From Chiloscyllium plagiosum (lineage: Eukaryota), in contig NC_057750.1 in NCBI RefSeq assembly GCF_004010195.1, forward strand, positions 12,375,144 through 12,421,607: 46,464 nucleotides of DNA, written 5' to 3'. Position 1 is the stretch's first letter, and each line of letters begins with the position of its first letter. A program made the translations under genes and the position numbers. Shown in pieces: positions 25,201 through 38,215 of the stretch. The notes under the pieces were generated by a model. That model was not told the origin of the DNA, ran no database searches, and saw nothing but the letters and a program-made list of their open reading frames with translations.

Positions 25201-25539
25201 AGTCTTACCTTTCTTCACAGTGGTTGATAAAGCTGAGTGCCTTGCATGGTAACCACATTACTGGGGTTTGGAGTCACATATAGGCCAGTGCAGGTAAAGG
25301 TGGCAGACTTTATTCCCTAAAGGGTGGAAGGAAAGACAGCAGTCCAGTAAAGGGCACTCGTGAACTAGATAGGTTTTTAAAATGATATTTTTAAAGTTGC
25401 TATTAAACTAACTTTTTTAATTCCACATTTTTTTTATTGATTGGATTCACATTTCATCATCAGTGGGGGGGGGGTATAAACTCAGGAACATGGAGCATTC
25501 ACCTGGGACTTGATGACCATTACACACTATCTCTTTATT

Positions 25540-26180
25540 TAAGGAAGGTTACAGATGCGTTAGAGCCAGTTCAGAGGAGGTTTATGAATTGATATCTGGA
25601 ATGAGAAAGTTGTCTGATTAGGAATGGTTGGACAGACTGGACTTGATTGTCCTGGAGTTTAGAAGAATGAACGGTGACTTGATTGAAGTATTCAAAATCT
25701 TGAATTGTCTTGAAGTGGACTTGAAAGGGTGTTTCCTCTTATGGGTTAATCCAGAATTGGGAACACTGTTTAAAATTCCTGATGAAGGGCTTTTGCCCGA
25801 AATGTCGATTTTCCTGCTCCTCGGATGCTGCCTGGCCCACTGTGCTTTTCCAGCACCACTCTGATCTAGATTCTGGTTTCCAGCATCTGCAGTCCTCACT
25901 TTTGCCAACACTGGTTAAAAGTTAGGTGTCACCCTTTTGGAACAGAGTTGAGGTTTTTTTGTGCTTGGAGAGTTGTGAGACTTTGGGACTCTCTATCTCA
26001 GAAGGATTTGGAGGCAGTGGTCATTTAATATTTTTATAGTGGAGTTACGTAGATTCTTGTAAGGCAAAGTAATCAAAGGTATTGGGATTAGATAGGAATG
26101 TGGAATTTGAAATGCAATAAATCAGCAATGATCTTATCAAACAACGAGCAAGCTTAAGAGGTTGAAACCTCTATTCCTGA
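25540..26180 (+). mobile_element. CR1 LINE 3' fragment
   Basis: LDRLDLIVLEFRRMNGDLIEVFKIL, split by the insertion at 25776-25906. Confidence 0.75.
25776..25906 (+). mobile_element. 131-bp PLE family-B terminal-repeat-only insertion with a hammerhead-like motif
   Basis: Begins ttcCTGATGAagggcttttgcccGAAatgtc. TSD aacactg(t/g)ttaaaa at 25762-25775 and 25907-25920. Confidence 0.85.
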
Positions 26181-26488
26181 TTTGTTTGTCCGCTTAAATA
26201 TTGTCCCTATTAAAATACATAATGCTGGCTTACCCAGTCATTATCTACGAGAATGGTAAATTTTTCTAAGAATGGATATTCCGTTTTGTATTGTCATCTG
26301 CCAGTTTCTAAATTCAGTGCTATAAGTAAATTTGAATTGTGGGGAAAAAGCTACTAATTTTCTATTAGATTTGCAACTTTATGTACTTAAGTGTATGTAC
26401 TTCAATGTGTGTGCATTTCTTTCAGAATTAAATATCTATTCCTGTAATGTAGTATGCAAAATTTAACCAAGTTTTCTTTTACTTTCAG

Positions 26489-26542
26489 CACTACTATGCT
26501 TTCCCTTATTTCATTAAGATGGATCTAGACTGCGAAAATAAG
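26489..26542 (+). CDS. CATSPERG: CatSper gamma, next coding exon (54 nt, phase 0/0)
   Basis: Acceptor gttttcttttactttcAG and donor AAG|GTACTG. Encodes HYYAFPYFIKMDLDCENK, which aligns without gaps to recalled human KYLGFPYYLKINYSCEEK and is in frame with the previous exon. Confidence 0.9.
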
Positions 26543-26799
26543 GTACTGTAGATGTTTCTTAAAGTGCAAGGACAATGTCAATGTGTATTTATCTAGTGCT
26601 TTTTACAATATAATACACCCAGGCAGTTCAGGCGAGAATTATTTGATTATTTGAGACAAAATTGGATATTAATTCATGTACAGACGTTTTAGGAGTGATG
26701 ATCAAAATCTTGCTGAGAATCCTGGAACTCAAAGCAGAATAGAGAAATAGAAAGGCAAAGAAACTCAATGAACAAATTCTAGGTATTAGAGCCTAAGCA

Positions 26800-27415
26800 A
26801 TTGTCATTTGTCTCAAGAGGGTTGGAATGTAAAAGCAGTAATGTGCTACTAAGACTTTATAAAGCTCAGGTTAGGCCCCATTTAGAATACTGTATCCAGT
26901 TTTGGGCCCCACACCTCAGGAAGGACATACTGGCAATGGAGTGTGTCCAACGGAGATTCACACAGATGATCCCTGGAATGGTAGGCCTAACATACGATGA
27001 ACGGCTGAATTGTATTCATTAGAGATTAGAGGATTGAGGGGAGATCTAATAGACGCTTACAAGATAATTCATAGCTTAGAAAGGATGGGTGCTGGGAAAT
27101 TGTTTCCGTCAGGCGGGGAGACCAGGACCCATAGGCACAGCCTTAGAATTAGAGGGGGTCAATTTAGAACGGAAAGGAGGAGACATTTCTTCAGCCAGAG
27201 AGTGGTGGGCCTGTGGAATTCATTGCCACGGAGTGCAGTGGAGGCCAGGGCATTAAATGTCTTCAAGGCAGAGATTGATAAATTCTTAATCTCGCAAGGA
27301 ATTCAGGGATACAGGGAGAGTGCGGGTAAGTGGTGTTGAAATGCCCATGAGTGAATAGCAGAGTGGACTTGATGGGCCAAATGGCCTTACTTCCACATCT
27401 ATTTCTTATGGTCTT
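26800..27415 (+). mobile_element. Relatively young CR1 LINE 3' end
   Basis: LYKAQVRPHLEYCIQFWAPHLRKD...LRGDLIDAYKI...HFFSQRVVGLWNSLP, followed by the tcttatggtctt tail. Confidence 0.9.
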
Positions 27416-28635
27416 AATTGACAGCATGGAGGCTAATGATAGGGTGATTAAATAAGGGAAGTTGAAGAGATCAGAATTAGTGGAGTAGGAGTACAGAGAT
27501 TCAGGAGATTCTCTGGATGAGTAATAGAAATGCAAAGTCATAGAGAGAAGGTGTGAATTTTAAAATTGATGTGTTGTTGAACCACGCCCTGCAAGTAAAA
27601 ATACAATGATGTTGGAGATGCTGAGTAGACAGGGCATGGTTCAAGTTAAGGTACGAGCAGAAGAAAAGATTGGAGGCCTGCCACATGACCATTGAAATAG
27701 TTATGTCTAAAAGTAACAAATGTATAGATGAAAACTTCAGCTGGAAATGAACCAAAGTGGGGTGATATCAGGCTATATTAGAAAAGTGGATGCAGCTGGC
27801 CATGGTGACGATGTGGAAGTACATCTTGGGCCAAATACAATGCTAAGCTTGCAAAGTCAGGTTACAGCCTCTTTGTTCCCAGCACTTACAATAAATCCCA
27901 TATTCCCTGAAAATCTCAAACGTCCCAGTCTTTGTGGCAGTTTGGCAAGTTTCTTTGCTCTTGTTTGGTCTTCCTTCTAAGATTAATGGCATGGTACCCT
28001 CTTCTTTCACTCTGTTTGAGTGTAACTACTTTGGGTCTGTGCAGAGTTTTCAGTGGATTCTCTGAGTGGTATCTGTCTAGTTCCTGTGGGAAAATCAGTT
28101 GGGAAAATATGGCAGGATTGGTAAAGCAAAATTCTTTGTATTGGCAAAAAGTGTTTTAATTTTCCACCCAAGATTTAAATGCTGAGATGAGAATCATGCT
28201 CGTGATTTATATGTTCACGAATTAACCTGCTCAGAGATGTTATTACACCCTTTTGGAGCAGGTGGGGCTTGAACCCAGGCTATTTGGAGAATCTCACTGA
28301 ATGTGAATGACTGATTGCATGCTTTAACATCTTGTTGTTACCTAATTTTGCCTCATCTTGGCCAGAATCCCTCAACATCTTTGAGAATACTCCACATGCA
28401 GAGTCTACCTGCATTTTAGTCCAAAGAGTTTCCCACCGGACACATACCTGCCTCACTTTAGCTCGATTTACTTACATTACAATTAATACTCATTTACTGC
28501 ACTTTGGAGTTCACTGATTCCTTTCATTGCAATGCTGCTGCCAGGCCACATGTTACACAGGAGCAGGCACCCATCTTGTACATTGGAGCAAAGAGCATCT
28601 CCAGGGGTTTTTAGCTTGCTATCTTAGCACTTTGA

Positions 28636-28984
28636 TCATAGAATCTTTACAGTGTGGAAGCAGACCATTCGACCCATCAAATCCACACCATGACTTCGAA
28701 GAACATCCTAGTCAGATCTCCCTTATCCCTGAGACTCTGAATTTCCCATGGCTAACTTACCTAGCCAGCACATCCCTACACACTATGGATAGTTTAACAT
28801 GGCCAATCCACTCAACCTGTACATCTCTGGACTATGGGAGGAAACTGGAGCACCTGTTGGAAACTCATGCAAGTACAGGGAGACATGCAAACTCCACACA
28901 GGCAAAGATCTGAGGCTGAGTTTGAACCCAGGTCCCTGGCGTTGTGAGACAGCAGTGCTAACCACTGAGTCAGCGTGCCGCCCC
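28636..28984 (-). mobile_element. HE1-type SINE
   Basis: Reverse-strand head ggggcggcacgctgactcagtggttagcactgct and conserved core. Confidence 0.85.
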
Positions 28985-30534
28985 AATGATTACAGCATTT
29001 CTGTTGCACCTTACCATTTTGCACATTGCTGCTGCACTGTTCTACATCATTATGACACCTGGTATGCCAACAGCTAACGCACCAAATACATAGATTGTGC
29101 TTTACCCAACTGCATCTAAGTGGAGTTGTCCTCGGTCAAGTCAAGGGGGTAGTAGTATCAGTCAGGAGTGTCGCCACTATCAAAGGTATCATTCGATTTG
29201 AATCCGGGGGCTTGAACATGGTCATTTAGACACTTGGAGTATTCAGGATCAGGCATTTTGAATGGCTATAATCTGGGGAAATGGGCCATGGTCAGTCCTG
29301 CCGGTCCTATACAATCAATCTGTGGATTAGCAGGAAGACAGTTGAGCTGCAAGAGATCAGTCTGTTCTCTGCTTACTCATCAGTCAAGGTCACCCTTCCA
29401 CTTTGCTCAGGGAGTAAGCCACATCAATCATAAGGGGTTTTGTTCTGAATGTCAAGAATGGTTATCAGGTGTCTGAGGAATGGTGGGCAAGTTTACAAAG
29501 TCACTTGTGAAGATTGGAGGCAGCATGCTGGGATGTAGAAAGAATAATAATTGTGAAGGGGGGAGGAAACAAATAAGGATGGGAGACGATAGATTATCAG
29601 AGGATATGAATTATAGCAGGAGTAGAGCTCATTGATGATCACCACCACTCTTGCTTCAGTGTGAAACAATACATCATGGTGGTTGGCATGACTAAGCTGC
29701 AGATTTGGGGCTCAGTGAATAAAGTGAGGAGGCAAAGACTTAAAGCATTTGGCAGGAATGTGTAGAAATTCAAAACTGATGGGATTGATAGGTAATGCAA
29801 GGAAGAAAAAGACATGAGGGGTTGGCAGGGCTAGGGCAGGGAGAATGGGATGGGTGTCACCTCGATTGATCAACTGAGCCTGTGAGTGATTCTGCTGAGG
29901 AGCCAACTATAGGACAGGCTATTCTAGACTGGAATTTGTGCTCTAGAGAGGAATAATTAGCCACCTAGCTGTGCGAGGCACCTCCTGGTGGGCAGGGATT
30001 GGAGAGGGAAGGGAAGTGAACATAATATAATCAAATTCTTACTTGAGATAGAGAATGACATAGCTGTATTTAAGACAAGGGTACTGAATACAAATAGAGG
30101 AAATTATAATGGTATGAAGTGTGAGCTGGTTATGATGAATTGATGGAGTGTTCCTTAGAAGACTATTCCTTAGAAGTGGATAGGTAATGGCAAACATTTA
30201 AAGAGTGTGTGGAGGAACTGCAACAATTTTTAATTCTTCTCTGGCACAAAAATACAATGAGAAAAGTGGCCTGGCCATGGCTAATATGGGTGTTTAGGGA
30301 TAACATTAGATCCATGAAAGGGGCATACAAATTGGTTAAAAGGAACAGCACACTTGAGGATTTCAGTTTTGTTTTCAGTGAAGGAGAGCAAAGGCATTAA
30401 CTAAGAGGGGGAAAACAGCGTTCAGGAGTGACGAAACTTACAAACTGATTGCAAAAGCTTCTATCTGAAGAGAAAAAAGATTAATGAAGACAACTGTAAG
30501 TCCCTTACCATCAGAAATATCTTAAGTTTTAATG

Positions 30535-31448
30535 TGTTATGGACCAGACTAGACCCCCTCAAGATACTTTCAGAAGGTAGCCAAGAGCCTAACTTTTTCT
30601 TATATTAAAGGTAGACGTGAAGTGTGTGGTCTAGATGTGATGCGACTGGCTGTACTACTTGCTGTTAAGCAAAACACAATTCATTTAAACACTATCATTA
30701 AAATGCAAGGAAAAGAAAGAGGAATTTAAAATAACTTAACTTTTGGAAAACTTACCTATTGCTAATTAACTGTTTCAATATAGTAACATCCTGTAAACAC
30801 ACTCCTTGGCACAAATTCTTACAGGCAGTTCTCCAATCCAGGAAGTAACAACATCGAGAGATTTCAGAGAAAGTAGCAGTTAGGTATCATTTACTGAAGC
30901 TCCAACTGTTTTGGGACCCAAACTGTTTCTGACTGCTACAGCTAAAAAAAAGTGCTTGGTCAGTGAGAGTTGGCCACTCCCTTCCATTGTTATAACTAAT
31001 TTGAAAAAAAAAACCTAAGGACCTCAAGTTATTGATTTTGTTTTATTACTTACAGTGTGGAAACAGGCCCTTTGGTCCAACAAGTCCACACTGACCTGCC
31101 GAAAAGCAACCCACTCAGACCCATTCCCCTACATTTACCCCTTCACCTAACACTGCAGGCAATTTAGCATGGCCAATTCATCTAACCTGCACATTTTTGG
31201 ACTGTGGGAGGAAACCGGAGCACCCGGAGGAAACCCACGCAGACATGGGGAGAATGTGCAAACTCCACACAGATAGTTGCCTGAGGCGGGAATTGAACAA
31301 GGGTCTCTGGCACTGTGAGGCAACAGTGCTAACCACAGAGTGATTTAATCCATCTCTAGTAGCCACTTCGGCATCTCTGCATTTCCAACCTGTCTTCAAA
31401 AAAAGCCCAGGACAAAAATAACCTTTTTAAAGTGACAGCATCATCTCA
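30535..31448. mobile_element. Solo LTR with 4-bp TSD, containing a SINE
   Basis: TGttatggacc...catctCA termini with AATG on both sides (30531-30534, 31449-31452). Removing it restores CR1 continuity. Confidence 0.7.
31045..31337 (-). mobile_element. HE1-type SINE
   Basis: Reverse complement of the conserved head, core and tail. Confidence 0.85.
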
Positions 31449-33344
31449 AATGGGCAACAAAGGAATGGCAAACCAATTAAATAGATGTTGTTCTGTTATA
31501 ATGCGCATTTCATCAACGCAAATTCACTGTGATGTGATTGACAAATTGGGGACACTGTTTCTCCAAAGTGAATTTTTAAAACGTGTTTGCTGTAATGTGA
31601 TTACAGTGCCAATACTTTAAGCGCTGTTTCTAAAGTGTTATTTTTCTGTAACACGGGGTTGCACAAGAATGCAACCATCGCATTGTAGAAGAACTGACTT
31701 GTGTATTTTTCATTCTGTCTCGATGAAAGAAGACAGAAACAATGTCCTAAAACATTGGGAAAACATAGCAGGAAATTGGGATTAAAGGCCGACAAATCCC
31801 CAGTACTCAACAATCTGCATCCCAGGGTACTTAAGAAAGTTACTCTCGAAATTGGTACCTTGATGGTCATCTTTTACAATCCTATGGACTCTGGGGCGAG
31901 GGGAGCTAATATAGTTTCAATATTTAAAAAAGGCGGTAGAGAGAAAACAGGGAATTATAGTTGGGTTAATGTAGCTAGTAAAGTTGATAAGGCGGAGCCA
32001 ATGGATTCAGTTTACTTGAACTTTCAGAAAGCTTTTAATGATTTCCCTCATAAGAGATTAGCATATAGAAGCGCAAGGGATTAGGGTTCTTATACTGACA
32101 TGGGTAGAGAACTGGCTGGCAGGCAGGAAACAAAAAAGTAGGAATAAATGAGTCATTTAGTGAGTGGCAGCCAGTGAACAGTGGAGTACTGCAGGGATCA
32201 ATGCTTGAATCTCAGCTTTTCACAATATATACCAATGGTTTAGATGAAGGAACCAAATGTATCTCTAAGTTTGAAGATGAAACACATAACTGATTGGGCG
32301 TTTGAACTGTGATGGGGGTGAAGGGATGTTTCACTGTGATTTGTGTTGGTTGAGTGAGTGGATAAACATGAAGTTATCCACATTGATGGCAAAAGCAGGA
32401 AGACATTATTATCTGAAGGGCGATAGATTAGGAAATGAGGGGGTGGGGTCAAGGAATCTAGGCATCCTTGTACACCAATTGCTGAAAGAAAGCATGCAGA
32501 CGCAGCAGGTGGTGAATGCCTTCTTCGCAAGAGGATCTGAGTGCAGGAACAGGAATGTCTCCTCGCAACTACTCCTGGAGTATTGTGTGCAGTTTTGGTC
32601 TCCTTATCTGAGGATGGATGTTCTAGCTATGGCGAGAATGCAACAAAGGTTACCAGAATGACCCCTGGAATGACAGGGCTGATGTGTGAAGAGAAACTGG
32701 ATCAATTGGGACTGTTCACTCTGGAGTTCAGAAAAATATTGGTATTTCACAGAAACCCAAATGATTCTAACAATACTGGACTCTCCAGAAACATTGTCCG
32801 GAGAGTCCAGAACCAGGGATCACAATTTAAAGATGTGGGGTGGGCCATTTAGGGCTGAAGAGGAAAGATTTCTTCACCCAGAGTGTGGTGATCTTATGGA
32901 ATTCTCTGCCTCTGAAAGTTGTTGGGGCCAAAATATTATTTTCATGAAGGAGATAGATATAGCTGTTAGGAGTTAAGGGATGAAAGGGTACAGGGCAAAA
33001 GTGGGAACAGGTTAATGTGTTGGATGATAAGCCATGATCATATTGAATGGTGGAGCATGCTTGAAGGGTCAAAAGGCCTACTTCTGTTCCTAATTTCTAT
33101 GCCAAGTGCTACCTGTGTTGCCATCCATCCTCATATGAAATGCAAATGGGCAATTGAAATGAAGTTTGGCTTGCTGTGTACCCAGAGTGATTGCAATAAA
33201 TGTTTATTTATGTCCAAGGAAGTGGGCCCTACTTGCGAGTGATGTGAAGGACTTCAAGAGCAAATTGCATTAATCAGGCACTCGCACAATACAATTTAAA
33301 GACATCTATAATCACAGAATCCTGCATGTGAGACACATGTAATG

Positions 33345-34930
33345 GTTTGATTTTATGTGATTTATTATTGTCATGTTCCGAGATACCGTGAAACATATTG
33401 TTTTGTGTGCTGTCCGGACAAATGATACCTTAGGTAAGTACATTAGGGTAATAGAACGGAATGTAGAATATCATGTTACAGCTACGGAGAATGTGCAGAG
33501 AAAGATCAACTCTGATATATGAGAGGTCAGTTCATAAATCTGTTAACAGCAGAGAAGAAGCTGTTCTTGAATGTGCTGGTACGTGTTTTCATACTTTTGT
33601 ATCTTGTGCCCTATGGAAGAGGGTAGAAGAGAGTATAATTGGGGTCGAAGGGGTTTTTGATTATTTTGGCTGCTTTCCTGATGCAATAGGAAGTATAGAT
33701 GGAATCAGTGGAAGGAAGTCTGGTTTGCGTGATGGACTGGGCTGCATTCACAACTCTCTGATTTCTTGCAGTCTTGCCCATACCAAGCTGTGATTCATCC
33801 GGAAAGGATGCTTTCTATGGTGAACATCGGTAAAAGTCATTGTGGACGTGCCAGGTTTCCTTATCTTATGAGGAAGTAGAGGTACTGGTGTGCTTTCTTG
33901 ACTGTAACATCGATGTGGATGCACCAGGACAGATTGTTGGTTATATTTACTCCTAGAAACTTGAAGCTGTCAACCATCTCTGCCTCAGCATCATTGATAT
34001 GTCTTCCACTCCACTTCCTGAAGTTGATGACTAGCTCCTTCATTTTGCTAACATTGAGAGAGAGATTGTTGCCTTTACAGCATACCACTAAGCTGTCCAT
34101 CCCTTTTCTGTACTCTATCTCATCATTGTTTGAGATCAACCCCACTATGATGGTGTCATCAGCAAGTTTGTAAATGGAGTTAGAGCTGAATTTGGCCACA
34201 TAGTCATGAGTGTATAAGGATTATAGTAAGGGGCAGGGCACGCAGTCTTTAGGACATCTGTGTTGAGGATTACCGTAGAGGAGATTTTGCTGTCTTCATT
34301 ACTGTTTGCAGTCTGGAGATCAGGAAGTTGAGGATCCAGTTGCAGAGTGGGGGAGCAGAGTCCTATGTCTCAGAGTTTGGAGATAGATTTTGTAGAGGTT
34401 ATAGTAGTGAAGTCCATAAATAAGATTCTGACATTGGTGTCTTAGTTATTCTGATGTTCCAGGGATGAGTGTAAGGCTAAAGAGATGGCATCTGTTGTGA
34501 TGATAGGTGAAATGTAGTGGATCAAGGCAATCTGGAAGGCTGAAGTTGATGTGTGCCATTACTAACCTCTCTCAACACTTCATAATGACAGGTGGTAGTA
34601 ATTAAGGCACATTGCCTGATTGTTCTTTGGCACCAGGATAATAGTGGGTAGGAACCCAAGGAGAAGTTAAAGCTTTCTGCAAATACTCAGTTGGTCACGC
34701 AGGATCTGAGTGTGTGCCCTGGGACTTCATCTAGGCCAGTTGCTTTTCATAGACAACCCTCTTGAGAGTGAATCTGAGGCAGTGACTCTAGGTAAAGGTG
34801 CACCCATGGTTGTCAGGGCGGGTGACATCATTTCACTGAACTTCTGATCAAAATGAACATAGAATGCATTGAGCTCATGGAGATGGATCATATTTTATTG
34901 CCAGTGATTCATTGACTTTGCTTTGTAGTC
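33345..34930 (-). mobile_element. Rex1/Babar-like LINE 3' portion
   Basis: IYKLADDTIIVGLISNNDEIEYRK...NNLSLNVSKMKELVINFRK...FKFLGVNITNNLSW. Tail gacaataataaatca on the minus strand. Confidence 0.75.
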
Positions 34931-35355
34931 AGCTAGTGACCAATTATGTAGAAAACAAATCCTGACTCCATGGAATCTCAGCCATGTTATTAATCATTAC
35001 AAATTGTTCATAGTCATGCTCTTGTATGTAATGCTACCTTTCTTCGGTGATGTGGGTTGGGTTCTCATATGATGTTTCAGTAAATCTCACATCAAAGTAA
35101 GCCACATGGTCACTGTGCTGAAGTGAAGCTGAGAAAGTGTGAGTGACTGAAAACTTGGGTCAATGTGGAATTCATGGCAGTGATGAAAAGAGGTGCTTTA
35201 AGCGAGGTTTATTCCAAGAAATAAAGTCTCCATACCAAGAAGTAAGCGAGAGAGGGTATAAGGTTATTCGGCCTATCGGCACTCCACCCACACCATTTGT
35301 ATGATTTTGGATCTCACTGCCTATAAATTCCATGCCTAGGTGCTTCATTTTCACT

Positions 35356-35392
35356 TCACCTGATGAAGGGGCAACACTCAGAAAGCTTGTGA
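35356..35392 (+). ncRNA. Minimal type-I hammerhead ribozyme motif in a PLE family-A terminal fragment (about 35240-35435)
   Basis: tcac-CTGATGA-aggggcaacactca-GAA-AGCT-T-gtga. Stem II is degraded. Confidence 0.5.
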
Positions 35393-36441
35393 TTTCAAGT
35401 AAACCTGTTGGACTATAAACTGGTGTCATCTGACTTCTGAGCAGGTAAATAAAGGGATGAAGTCCTAAAAGCAGAATATTGGGAATTAGAAAGCAAACTA
35501 CAAAGTGCGACTTCAAAGGTAAATGTCTCAGGATTATCATGTGCGAGTGAGAGCAGAGATAGTAGAATGTGTCAGATAAATATGTGGCTGGAAAGTTTAT
35601 GTGAAGGGGAGGGTTTCAGATTCCTGGAACACTGGGACTGGTTCTGGAGGAGGTGAGACCAAGGCAAGCAGATTGTGTTGCACTAGGGCAGGAACTGATG
35701 TCCGAAGGCATGTATTTACTTGTCTGGTTGCAGAGGCTTTAAACTAAAATTGCAGAAGCGTGAAAACTAGACAGGGAAATTGAAGCGATGAAACAACGGC
35801 AAAACCAAAGACAGAATTGGAAATTAATGAAATGACAGGCAGAGAATTCAAGGGCAAATGTCAAACAGGGCCACAATGCAATATAATGTAAGGTAACTAA
35901 AAATGTTAAAAAGACAAGCCTTAAAACCTTGTGTCATAGTGCGAGAAGCATTTGCAATAAAGTGGATGAGGTAGTCTCACAAATGGATTTAAGGGGGTAG
36001 GATATAGTTGGAATCACAGAGATATGGCTGCAAGGTGACCAGGGATGGGAACTGAATTTCCAAGGATATTCACATTTTAGGAAGGACAAACAAAAACGTA
36101 GGTGACAATGCTTGTTGAGGAGGTCATTAATATAACAGTGTGAAATGACATCAGCTTTAATGAAGTGGAATCGAGAGATAGAGTTGAGAAACATCAAGGG
36201 CAGAAGACAAAAAGTAGCCTGCAAACTATGGTTGTGATGTTGGGGAAGGCATTAAACAGGAAATCAGTGATGGAAGCAATAAAGTCTGGATTTTCACCAC
36301 AATGGTGAAAATCCATTATGCGAAAATGCTGAACGTGTCCATTAATCAGAAGTTCCACCCCTGAAAATGGCTCTTCACATTTTGTAAGGGTAAAAGGGAA
36401 TTGGGATAATTATGGGCTTCTTTAATTTTCAGAGTCGAAAA

Positions 36442-36645
36442 TTACATTCTATTTTTGTGCCAGATAGGAATGAACAATTCTTGCAGTTCTTCCACCCATT
36501 CTTTAAATGTTTGTAATTGATCATCCACTGTCATCCCTTTAAGCAACACTACACAATTTATCATAGCCAGCTCATATCACATACTACAGTAGTTTTGTTT
36601 TTGTTTAGATTCAGGACCCCAATCTCAGAATCAACTACATTGCTC
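36442..36645 (-). repeat. Near-perfect inverted copy of 37269-37473
   Basis: Direct comparison shows one substitution and one 1-nt indel over about 204 bp. Confidence 0.9.
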
Positions 36646-36849
36646 ATATGATGTTTCAGTAAATCTCACATCATTGCTGGAAAAGCATAGCAGAGCAGGC
36701 AGCATCCGAGGAGCCAGAAAAGCGACGTTTGGGCCGGAGCCCTTCATCAGGAATGAGGCTGGGAACCTCTGTGGTGGAGAGATAAATGGGGGAGGGAGAA
36801 AGTAGCTGACTTTAATTTTTATTTTCATATAGTCTTTAAATTTCATATA

Positions 36850-37072
36850 GGTAAAGTTGGCATCACCATCATCCCAGAAGACTAGAGGATTGCCCTCTCA
36901 TTTGAGAAAGGTGAATGGTGGTTTAACCTAAGGTCACCATGCCTCAAGCAAGGGCCAGGTTGAGAAGATGGGATTTTCATAGTATCCTCAAACACTATGG
37001 GAATTGAGCCTGCACTGTTGACATCACTCTGTGTTGCAAACCAACCATCCAGCCAACTGAGCTAACTGAACT
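36850..37072 (-). mobile_element. tRNA-derived SINE of a second family
   Basis: Minus strand: ttagctcagttggctgg (A-box-like) ... ggctcaattccc (B-box-like). The body differs from HE1. Confidence 0.55.
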
Positions 37073-37982
37073 GCAGTACTCAATAGATAAATAAAATGAG
37101 TAAAATGCTGTAGAAGAGGAATTCGCAGTACGTGGAGAAATCAACTGGAGAACAGGCCATCCTAGCCTAGGTATTATGTAATGAGAAAAGAAATAACCAG
37201 AAATCTAGCAGTGTGAGACCTCTTCGAGAACAGTGACCATAATATACATAACTCTTCGTTAGAATGGAGAGCAATGTAGTTGATTCTGAGATTGGGGTCC
37301 TGAATCTAAACAAAAACAAAACTACTGTTAGTATGTGATATGAGCTGGCTATGATAAATTGTGTAGTGTTGCTTAAAGGGATGACAGTGGATGATCAATT
37401 ACAAACATTTAAAGAATGGGTGGAAGAATTGCAAGAATTGTTCATTCCTATCTGGCACAAAAATAGAATGTAAAACGTGGTCTGACCGTTGTTTACTGTA
37501 GAAATTAGAAACAGTAAAGCATCAGACATGAGGATCGGGAACAGTTTAGATTTCAGCAAATGAGGACAAAGGAGTTGATACAGAGGGAAAAGGTAGCTTA
37601 CAAGAGTAAGCTTGTGGGAAACAAACCTGATTGCAAAAGAATCTGTAGGTAACTGAAGAGAAAAGGATTGCTAAGATAAATTTAGGTTCCTTACAATCAA
37701 AAATGGGAAGTTGTAATGGGGAATAAAGAGACCAATAAAAATACGTATTTTGATTCTGTCTTCATAGAGGAAGACTCAAATAATGTCCCAAGTATGTTAT
37801 GGATCCTACGTTGTAGGAAGAGAGAGGACTGAAGGAAATCAGTATTAGCAAGGCACTTGTGTTGGGAAAATTAATGGGATTAAAAAGCGACAAATTCCTG
37901 GGGCCCAAAGATCTACATCCCTGAGTACTTTAGGAAGTGGCTCGAGAAATAAAGGGTGCATTCTAGGTTATCTTTCATGATA

Positions 37983-38154
37983 GGAGAAAGTGAGGACTGC
38001 AGATGCTGGAGATCAGAGCTGAAAATGTGTTGCTGGAAAAGCGCAGCAGGTCAGGCAGCATCCAAGGAACAGGAGAATCGACATTTCGGGCATAAGCCCT
38101 TTCCTGAAGAAGGGAAATGTCCTTCTCCTGTTCCTTGGATGCTGCCTGACCTGC
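37983..38154. mobile_element. Fold-back PLE family-B mini-element
   Basis: Minus terminal repeat followed by a partial plus copy. Perfect TSD tatctttcatgata at 37969-37982 and 38155-38168. Confidence 0.85.
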
Positions 38155-38215
38155 TATCTTTCATGATACTATAGATTCTGGAATAGTTCCTATGCATTGA
38201 CTGGTAGCTAATTAA

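Larger units (their letters stand above)
29850..33100 (+). mobile_element. Decayed CR1 LINE ORF2, interrupted by a solo LTR and a small insert
   Basis: LKADKSPVLNNLHPRVLK, IFKKGGREKTGNY, VYLNFQKAF, ISKFEDET and LEYCVQFWSPYLR. Confidence 0.8.

Noticed and set aside
31485..31700. Possible Tc1/pogo-type MITE inside CR1
   Set aside because: It looks like an insertion, but the terminal inverted repeats are too degraded to classify.
34929..35072. Open frame SASDQLCRKQILT... after ctttgtAG, as a candidate next CATSPERG exon
   Set aside because: Similarity is trivial, the G-x-x-P and F-x-x-P-V motifs are absent, and the acceptor sits at the edge of a LINE remnant.
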